Positions 41,219 through 50,008 of a stretch of DNA of 64,000 bases are shown in pieces. Where the stretch lies: assembly GCF_023055435.1 (NCBI RefSeq), contig NW_025963791.1, positions 7,564,001-7,628,000 of the forward strand. The letters run 5' to 3'. The notes below the pieces were generated by a model that did no database searches, had not been told where the DNA came from, and was given only the letters and a program-made list of their open reading frames with translations. Position 1 is the stretch's first letter, and every line of letters starts with the position of its first letter. Both the position numbers and the translations under genes were made by a program. The stretch comes from Haliotis rufescens. Its lineage: Eukaryota.

Positions 41219-42169
41219 ATGGGGCAAAGACGGAAACAGGTTCATCCTACGAAGGGAAAGAACAAAGACAAAGAGATGGTGAATGATGACAGTATGGTCT
41301 CCCCCTCATCGCTACAGGGACTTGTGACCTCTGTATTTCACAAGACTCCTTCACCTCCAGGATCGTCTCCCTCTTCAATGGTACCCGTGAACATACATTG
41401 TCAGCAGCAGCCATCACCACGTCCTTCAACATCATCAGCACCTTCGCCACCCTCGTCACCACATGATCTTCAACGCTTTCAACCTCTGCAACAGCAACAG
41501 CAGCAGCAGCAGAAGTCCACGCCAGGTACGTCTTACTCTTCGATGGTACCCTTGAACAAGCATCGTCAGGAACAACAACGGCCTTCCTCATCAGCACCCT
41601 CACCCCCACTCGATCTTCAACGCTTTAAATGTCTGCAGCAGCAGGAGCCCCCATGAAGTAAGAAAAAAGACAAGAGACCGCCTATTTTTCCGACAAGGGA
41701 TGCAACAACCCTTGCCGTCAAAGGAAGAAATCGTCTTTTGCAGTGGTTTGCGATTGTCATGCGGAACCTGAGAGCAGGACACATCCCATTGAAAGCTCAA
41801 CATAAGACGTGGTTGCAGAGACATAATGATACCCTGACTAAAATTGTCAATCCACGTCTGCCTATGGATGAACGTCTTGACTACCTGATGCAACGCAGTG
41901 GTAGTGGAACACTTGCAGGGGTCTTGACACGCATTCTGTTGCAATGGCAACATTATCTTCAAGCACCACTCCTCAAACAGGGTAACACCAGGCGTCACCG
42001 ACCTACAACAACAACAACGATGACTACTAAGCCAAAAGTAAAGGCTCATGAAAATGTCATGAAAGCATATCAAGCTGATGCTCTCAGACGATTGGTGCAC
42101 ATGCGGACCCAAAGAAAGTCCAAGAAGGCAGATCAACAGTTGCAACTCCCTCCTGCCACTGCCTGGTAA
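41219..42169 (+). pseudogene. Polinton protein: S/P/Q-rich N-terminus plus a helical domain paralogous to the next gene; one premature TGA at 41654
   Basis: ORFs 41219-41656 and 41738-42169 are in the same frame, and the sequence between them is open. Confidence 0.7.
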
Positions 42170-42226
42170 AAGAGAGAAGCTGCAGATCAGGTGACTCATT
42201 CAGGCTTTCACCTCCATGCAAGAAAG

Positions 42227-42557
42227 ATGTCTCAGTGCCTAAGGAAACAGAAACACGCTCTGTGTCATTTGTGTGCTGCCGCTCCAGCGATGCGCAAAGT
42301 CATTCTCAAACATGCTCCTACTGATCTCATCCGTGCCCTTTGTGAATGTGTGGTGAACTTGTATGCAGGTAATATTCCCATGACAACGACGCAACGTCAA
42401 AACTTGCAACGACCCGGTAAAGTCTTGAATACGCTCATGAAAAAAACAAGTACCTCTAAGCAAGAAACGTAAACTTCTTCAACATGGAGGAGGATTATTA
42501 GGAGGACTCATACCTCTTATTGGTTCTGCCCTAGCCTCTTTGTTTGGAGGAAAGTAA
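42227..42557 (+). pseudogene. Small basic Polinton virion protein with a Gly-rich amphipathic tail; frameshift near 42460
   Basis: RKVILKHAPTDLIRALCECVVNLYAGNIPMT, then the shifted frame KKRKLLQHGGGLLGGLIPLIGSALASLFGGK and stop. Confidence 0.8.
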
Positions 42558-42606
42558 TAAATGGTCTGACACCAGGAAGGTTGGGATCAGTGTGTGGTGT
42601 GCCACC

Positions 42607-43538
42607 ATGAAGTACGCACGCAAGATGGTGTTGATGTCTGAAGACACATGGCAAAGTCTACAGGCCACCAAACAACGTCATCGTCATACCCCTCTCTTGG
42701 AAAAGAAACGTCTCCAAAATTTGGAAGAGATGGACGCGTTGATGCAGAGGTCACAGCAGCCTTTCCACATGCGGGAACAACAATACAACCAACTGTTGCA
42801 ACACATGCTAGAGTTGCAGCGCCAACAGCACAACAACAACAACAACAGCAACAACAACACCATCAAACCACTACAACCCAAAGTGACACCACCACTACCA
42901 CCGTCATCACCATCAACAATGGACACCACAGGTAGACCTGCCCCTCCTCAACAAGTGATAGACGAAGTGGTCATGAGTGTTCCTAAAGCCATGTCCAGTA
43001 AAGCCATGAATTTTATGACAAGGATCTCGACTTGAGTTGGACTCCAGAGGGAACCCTGACCATGGAAGGGAAACCTGTCCCTTGCACACACATGGTGGAC
43101 TTGATCAACGATTTAGTGCGCCACCAGAAAACCAAAGAGGGACCTGCAGGTTGGACCATTTTGAGTCACCATTTGGCCAGCAGTCATGTCCCTCATGAAA
43201 TAATTGAAAATCCTCAACGATGGCAATTGATGCAGAAGCAGCAGCAGCAGCAACACCATCCTCATGCCATACCAGAAACACCCATAACCCTGTTCTCCCT
43301 CCCCACGTTCTCCCCGCAAAGTCACAATGAGAGAAGAAGAAGGAGGCGGCAGCTGGATCCACAAGCGGAAGAAGAAGAAGAAGAAGATGAGATGCCACCC
43401 CCACCTCCTTCGTGGCAACTGGATCCACCAGTGGAGGAAGAAAAAGATGTGATGTCAACCCCATGGTTGATGACTCCACCTCCATCTGATACCAAACAGG
43501 ACAGTCATCAACAGGCGAGGTTCATGGATACCCTTTAG
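42607..43538 (+). pseudogene. Conserved Polinton protein of unknown function; frameshift near 43030
   Basis: Kozak GCCACCATG; MKYARKMVL...QQYNQLLQ...SWTPEGTLTMEGKPVPCTHMVDLINDLVR...PAGW...HVPHEIIENPQRW. I am not sure which PW/PZ label applies. Confidence 0.75.
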
Positions 43539-43619
43539 CACCACCTAAGAAAAAAATAAATCTCTCCCCTTCTCTATAAAAAGGCCATTCATGTAGGAAG
43601 TGGCATCAGTCTGAGAGAA

Positions 43620-44874
43620 ATGAAGCGACAGACCAAGACGTGACAGCGCATTCTTCCCTCTGCTGCTGCTGCAGGGAAACAAAACAAAGGATTTCCTACT
43701 TCCCTTTGGACGGCCTGGTTGGAAAAAACCTACTTTCATCCTGAACATCCTGCAAGTTTTGGAGGCTGGCGACCTTTGTGGAAAGCAGAACGCATCCACG
43801 CTCAAGATGCAAGAACCAGTAAAAGCAAGAAGAAAACCAAGCCATCGCAAAGTCAAATCAAGCGTTGGTTGCAAACCAAAAGTACCTACACCTTGCACAC
43901 ACCAGCCAGACGCTCCTTTCCGAGAGACCACTATTCATGTGGGAGGGGTCGATGAACTGTGGCAAGCAGACTTGAGTGACATGATTGCCTTTCAAGACGA
44001 CAACGAAGGATTCAAATATCTGCTGTGCGTGATCGATGTGTTTTCAAAGATGGCATGGGTGCAACCCCTGAAGGCCAAGAGGAGTTCTGCTTTGACCGAA
44101 GGTTTTCAAACCTTGCTGATGCAACAAGCCAAAGATTGACTCCCTGCTCAATTGCAAACAGACAAAGGCAGAGAATTTGTCAACCGTCCTTTCCAGGCTC
44201 TCATGACGAAGCATGGCATTCATTTCTACACCAGTCAAAATCCTGAAACGAAAGCAGCCGTGGTGAAACGGTTTCAAAGGAAAATGTGGCGATACTTTAC
44301 ACAGCATGGGGCCAGACACTATTTGAAAGTCTTACCCCAGTTGATCAAGTCATACAACCGTCGTGTGCATCGGACCATTGGCCAGCGACCTGTGGACGTC
44401 CTCCCAGGAGATCCCCTGTCAGAAATTCGGGTGTTAGACTACATGGAGGAAAAACAACAACAACGGCTTCAGCGCAAAAAGAAAATAACAACACAAAGAC
44501 AAGACCCCAAGACAAGACCCCCCTCTCTTTTACTGCCGGGCACCCGTGTACGTCTGAACAAAACCAAAGGCACCTTTGAGAAAGGTTATCTCCCCAATTG
44601 GACCACTGAACTGTTTACGGTGGACCGGTTGGTAACAGGGAGAACACCTCCTGTGTATCGGATCAAAGATGATCATGGTGAAGTCCTCCAAGGAACTTTT
44701 TACCCTGAAGAAATACAACCCATCTTGAAAACAGACGATGTGTATGCCGTGGATCACGTGCTAAAAAGACGTCAACGACCGAAACAGGGTCAAGAAGAGG
44801 TCTTGGTGAAATGGACTGGCTACCCTGCCAGTTTTAATTCTTGGATCGCTGCAGATCATTTACAGATAAAATAA
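43620..44874 (+). pseudogene. Retroviral-type (rve) integrase with a C-terminal chromodomain, inactivated
   Basis: YFHPEHPASFGG, WQADLSDM..YLLCVIDVFSK, LQTDKGREF, FEKGYLPNWT, VLVKWTGYPASFNSW. Stops at 43641 and 44137, a frameshift near 43925, and the catalytic E replaced by K (KAAVVKRF). Confidence 0.95.
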
Positions 44875-44919
44875 GGAGCATGCTGTCTCTCAGACTCATT
44901 CAGAGGGTGGACACACGTG

Positions 44920-45375
44920 ATGACAGAACCGCCACCACCACCACCACCGTCATCACCTCTGCAGAGAAGCCTCTCAGCATCCGTGGGTACCGATGAACCT
45001 ACCCTTGCTGCTGCACCTCGTCATCACCAGCGCCGACACTCACCTTGGTGTTGTTTTGGCATGACGTTACACCGCAGTGAAGTTGTGTTTTTTGCTCAGA
45101 TCATTGTGATATATGGCGTGATCATCATGAGCATGGTACAGTTGGCCTTGGATCACGGAGAGAAACAGTTGTGGACAGCCCTGCTCTCAAGTTGTTTAGG
45201 ATACATACTTCCACCACCCACCTTGGCCGCCTCACCAGGCATACCCACGACAACCCACCCACCAGAAGACTTCAACTTGATACCTCATCCACCCAGAGTT
45301 TTCTACCTTAGCTCATGTCATCATGGCTGTCACCTTTTTTTCGAAACAAGACTTTTACATGACCCTACCCAGTGA
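44920..45375 (+). CDS. Small two-transmembrane Polinton protein
   Basis: Hydrophobic segments VVFFAQIIVIYGVIIMSMVQL and LWTALLSSCLGYILPPP; has its own TATA-like/Inr pair upstream. Confidence 0.65.
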   Translation: MTEPPPPPPPSSPLQRSLSASVGTDEPTLAAAPRHHQRRHSPWCCFGMTLHRSEVVFFAQIIVIYGVIIMSMVQLALDHGEKQLWTALLSSCLGYILPPPTLAASPGIPTTTHPPEDFNLIPHPPRVFYLSSCHHGCHLFFETRLLHDPTQ

Positions 45376-46343
45376 TGCCTCCATGGACATCTATCCAAAC
45401 AACACCATCAATGCGTATGAAATCAAGTTGCCTTATCCTCTGATTCTGGACCGTCAACAGTGGGAGGTTGGCGTCAGCAAAATTCACTTTCCGATGACAT
45501 GGTACAACGTCGCCCCACCCTTTGACTGGTTTGCGCTGAACCTCAAACTGAAAAAAGACACCCTTGTGTATGAAAGCATGGGGAGCGCTATACCACAGCC
45601 ACAGTATGGTATCGTCCGTTACGAAAGCAAGAAGATTCCAATCGAGAAAGGCGTCTCTTCATCTGAAGATTTGGTGAAAACCCTCAACCGTTTGATTCAG
45701 GAACATATTACGGATGTCTTGAAAGAACAGCCCTCAGACAGAGTCCAAAGTGATGGAAGACGGTTTGTCATTGATGTCAGGTATCCCAAAGATAGTCTTC
45801 GATTTGACATGCTTGAAGATGGAAAGGTGCGATTACAAGCCCCTCAAGAAGTAGCAATCAATCATCCTCTCCTGGGAAATACTGGTGGACCACTCTATTC
45901 CACGGAAGTGATCATGCCAAGTCCACTCTCGAGAATGCTCGCATTTGTTCAACTACCGATCCTCGGTGAGGAGGACTATAAAACCTACACAGAGACGCCC
46001 GTTCCCTTGACTGCCTTGGCCCAGTGGCAAGTGGGGGCTACTCCCATGACAAGTGGCTATGTGGAAATCACAGCTGATACAAAAGCACATCGTCTGTCAG
46101 GATTTGATACTGTGTACATTTACACCAACCTGGTCGAAGATCAAATTGTGGGCAACACAGATGTCAAAGAAGATGATGCAAGACAGTGTGGTGATTAAAA
46201 GCCCTCAGCACATTCACTACCTTGGGCTGCGTCATGGTTCCTTTGACGGTATTAAACTCTATATCATGGACGACACGGGGCAACCCGTGCCATTTCAAAT
46301 GGGGAAAGCCATCGTGACACTTCACTTCAGACGCCGCTACTAA
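45323..46343 (+). pseudogene. Minor capsid protein (penton, PX); frameshift/deletion near 46165
   Basis: FYMTLPSDASMDIYPNNT..WEVGV..IHFPMTW, VYIYTNLVEDQIVG, IMDDTGQPVPF..GKAIVTLHFRR. Confidence 0.9.
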
Positions 46344-46356
46344 CGCAGAAAGCAAC

Positions 46357-46731
46357 ATGTTGGGACACGCATTGGCACACCAGATGAATCGAGGACAGTT
46401 TGGCCAGTGTGGGAGTGGTATCAAAGTATACAAAGGACGTTATCATCAACGTGGCAGTGGTCTTGGAGGTATCTTGAAGATGGCGTTGCCTTTCCTTAAA
46501 TCTGCCGGAACATCAGTGCTCAAGATGGGTAAAAAGATCCTGCCTGGGTTGGTGAGTGATGTGGTTGGAGGCAAACGCAAATGGTCAGAGAGTCTGAAAC
46601 ATCGCGGCACAGCAGCCCTGATGGATGTCTTGGAGGAACGTGAGGAGCCGAGACCCCCTGAAAGCCGTAAAGTCGTCCCAACCACCATCACCCACCAGAA
46701 ACAGCGTAAAAGGAAAAGAAAAACGGTTTAA
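46357..46731 (+). CDS. Basic core/cement-like virion protein with QxGxG motifs
   Basis: QCGSGIKVYKGRYHQRGSGLGGILKMALPFLK and a basic C-terminus KRKRKRK; lies between penton and hexon. Confidence 0.8.
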   Translation: MLGHALAHQMNRGQFGQCGSGIKVYKGRYHQRGSGLGGILKMALPFLKSAGTSVLKMGKKILPGLVSDVVGGKRKWSESLKHRGTAALMDVLEEREEPRPPESRKVVPTTITHQKQRKRKRKTV

Positions 46732-46806
46732 AGGTCAGTCCTCATCAGACTTTCAACCTGACCAGACGTCCTTCAAGGCAGAGAAAAGGGTGAAACATCC
46801 ATCATC

Positions 46807-48136
46807 ATGATGCGCCGAGATGCTTGCGAATGTTCAAAGGCCCAGTTGGATCTCTTTACTGTACCCCCTGTGTCCACCTCTGTGCAAGAGGGTCAGTGGA
46901 TTTGTTATAGTCCCATGGCACCACCCTCTGTAGCAGGACCACTCCAGTTTAACATTTCCAATCCCGTGAACGCTTACATTGATTTGAAACAGTGCTACCT
47001 GAGAGTATGTCTACGTGTGATGAAAGATGATGGCACGGATACCGTTCTAGCGGATTACCCTGTATCGACAGTCAACAATGTGATACATTCCCTGTTTCGC
47101 GAAGTGCGGCTGCAAGTGGGACACAATCAGTTGGAGATCACACCCTCCATGGGCACTTACCCTTACAGAGCCTACTTGGAAACCCTGGAAAGTTATGGTA
47201 CAGGAGCCAAAACATCTCACCTTCGATGTCCTGGATGGTTCACCAACGATGCTAGTAAAATGGACGTCTTCAATCCTGATGCAGATGCGAACACAAGAAA
47301 CACAGGTGTCAGAACGCGACGCGATCTTATCATATCCAGCCAAAGAAGTGGAACTGACAGGCCGTCTACACTGTGACCTGTTTCTTCAAGACCGTTATCT
47401 GCTGGATGGTGTCCCTATGAAACTGGAATTGTTACGAAGTCCCGATGAGTTCTTCTTCATGTGTGCTGCTGATGGTGTCTACAAACTAGCGCTGACCAAA
47501 GCCGAATTCTATGTCCGTCAGCTCAACATCGATCCTGCTGTCCGAGAAACACACGTGTCCAGTCTGAACGCTGGGGTGACTGCCAAGTATCCCCTTTCAC
47601 GTGTGCATGGGACTGCCCATGACATCCCGAGAGGCGGTAGGGACTTTCACAAGGATCACCTAATCAGTGGCCAATTACCAAAATGCGTGGTCCTGGGACT
47701 GGTGGACAATAGTGCCTACGTAGGAAGCAAAGAGAAGAATCTGTACAACTTCAAACACAATCATGTCACCATGATGAAGCTCAAAGTCAATGGCCAGGAA
47801 GTCCATGGCACGGAAATGAAAAGCGACTTCAGCAACAACAGTGCCCATTTGAAACAAGTCTACATGAATCTGTTCCGAAACACGGGGCAGCTATGGCGAC
47901 CTGAGACCTGCGAACTGACTCCCAAGGCCTTTACTCAAGGTTACACCTTGTGGGTGGTGGATCTCACCCCAGACCTTGGCGCTGATGAAGGCATCAACTA
48001 CCCTCAACACACTGGCAAGTCGGGTTTGGAAATCCAGTTTGGACAAGCTCTCGAGGACCCAGTCACCCTCATCTGCCATGAGGAATACGAAAATGTTCTG
48101 GAAATAGATCGTTTCCGGAATGCGATGATGGTATAA
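46807..48136 (+). pseudogene. Major capsid protein (hexon-like double jelly roll, PY); frameshift near 47335
   Basis: CECSKAQLDLFTVPP, NNVIHSLF, TYPYRAYLETL, GRLHCDLFLQDRYLLDGV, AKYPL, GQLPKCVVLGLVDNSAY, GYTLWVVDLTPD. Confidence 0.93.
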
Positions 48137-48189
48137 AAAGAGCAGCGACAGACGGTCATGCCACACTTTTTCTCCTCCTACAAGGAACC

Positions 48190-48757
48190 ATGGATGAACC
48201 ACTCGGGTTGAGCACCTTGGATTTAGAAGCCCTCGTGGCTGATGACGAACCACTTCATGCCATCTACCGGGGCACCCTGGCCAGAGATGAATTTGCCAGA
48301 CTGGGATGGCCCCTTTTACCCCAAAGCCTACGTGATCAACACAGATTTAAGCGATCAACCTGGCACACACTGGGTGAGCATCTATCGTCCAGCTCCTGGA
48401 TCCGTGGAAATGATGGATAGCTATGGACTGTATTCATTACCCCTGTTTAAAGAGACTTTGAATCGCATGGGTCAGATTCAACAACGATGGAATACACGCC
48501 CCTTACAACATGGATACAGCACGTTGTATGGGGTGTACTGTCTCTACATGCTGACCTATCGCGTGCGTGGGTGGACTTTTAATCAAGTGTTAGATACGTT
48601 GGACTGGAAGGACACCGCCAAGAATGATGCCACGGTATTAGCATGGTTTCATACCAAAGTGTCTACCTCCGTACCTGTGGATGAGATGCCTGCCTTTCGA
48701 CTGAGTGCCCAGACGCGTACCCTACATCAAAAGAACCAACCTTTCTGCCCTTATTGA
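48190..48757 (+). pseudogene. Adenain-like cysteine protease; frameshifted near 48300, catalytic Cys replaced by Tyr
   Basis: YVINTD..PGTHWV (His), DSYG (Asp), PLQ (oxyanion Gln), and STLYGVYC where STxCG is expected. Confidence 0.9.
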
Positions 48758-49604
48758 CAGGACACTTGTTCACTGAACCTACGATCACCTGACTGTCAAC
48801 ATTCCTGATTGAGGAGTGTACATACGTTCACTGCGTTTTAGGAATGTACATACGTTCACTATCAAAGTGGCAAATGTTCTTTTTTTTCAAACTGTACATA
48901 CGTTCACATACGTGTACATACGTTCATGTTCACAAAAGTCACAGGGACGCCCCTAATCCTGTGACTTTTGTTTTGTTGTGTTTGTTCATGTGAGCGGGGC
49001 ATTAAAAAAAGTTGAACCCATAGTAGTGTTGTGTTGTCTGTAAGATGAAGAAAAACAAAACAGGATCGCCATGCACACCCCAGAGAAAACCAAAACCAAA
49101 ACAAAACAAGATCGACATCTGACCGCTTCCTGCATTCCTACACCACGTCCATGTCTGTCGATTCACCTTTAGAAATTCAGGCAACACCTTTAGCACCTTT
49201 AAATTCACTTTCCGACTGTCACTTAGACGAACGACTGTCATAGTGGGCTACAATACACGATCGCCTTGTGGAACGAAACCTTACAACTCAAAGTTTACAA
49301 TCACATGACATGATTTGTGGAATGTTGTTGCAAGATTCTTCGCCGATATGACGTCAACCTAGCAACAAAGTGGCAGAGTCGTCGACTGTGTATGATAACT
49401 TTGATAAGCTCGTCTCAGTGAGCTATCATCTCCACATGCCATCACCCCACACCCACCAAAACAAAACAAAACAAAGAACCCGACTCCCCTCCCTCCTTCT
49501 TCCCTCCCTTCACCACCACCCTCCCTTCACCACCACCACGTCAATGTTTAGAACAACAACAAAAGATTTTTGACGCGCTTCTTTCAATGTCGATCCTGTT
49601 CACC

Positions 49605-50008
49605 TTTTACGTGCGCTTCTCCGGGTTTTCCCCTCCTCCCCGGAAACGGAGGCGACGCCCTCTTGGAGGGGCGCACGCCACCGGACACGGATGCGACGTC
49701 CTCTTGGAGGTGCGAACGCCACCGGACACGGATGCGACGCCATCTTGGATGCGCGTGCCACCGGAAAAGGATGTGACGCCCTCTTGGAGGCGCACGCAGG
49801 ACCCATCATGCACTGTGCAGGTCACGTGACCGGAAACGGAAGTGCCGCCATCTTGGATGCGAACGCAAGTCCCATCATGCCCCGCGCGCATGCGCAGGTC
49901 ACGTGACCGGGAGTGACGTCACAGAGGTCACGTGATCATCTCGACCAATCAGAAGCCAGGAGCGGTTCTGTAATCCTGAGCGGTTCCAGACAGATGTACA
50001 CAACTACT
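49605..50008 (-). repeat. Right TIR plus three further 41-bp GC-rich subterminal repeats
   Basis: 49756-50008 pairs with the left TIR; CCACCGGACACGGATGCGACG..CTCTTGGAGG units continue inward. Confidence 0.92.

Larger units (their letters stand above)
40497..50008 (+). mobile_element. Polinton/Maverick (adintovirus-like) endogenous virus, 9512 bp, decayed and lacking pPolB
   Basis: Termini AGTAGTTGTGTACATCTGTCTGG...CCAGACAGATGTACACAACTACT; 6-bp TSD TATGTT (40491-40496 and 50009-50014); single TATGTT at the empty sites (e.g. 21736-21741); hallmark genes inside. Confidence 0.97.

Noticed and set aside
48760-49605. A pPolB or helicase remnant in the Polinton
   Set aside because: No PolB (DxxSLYP, YxDTDS) or Walker motifs are visible in the ORF track or in the frames I read.
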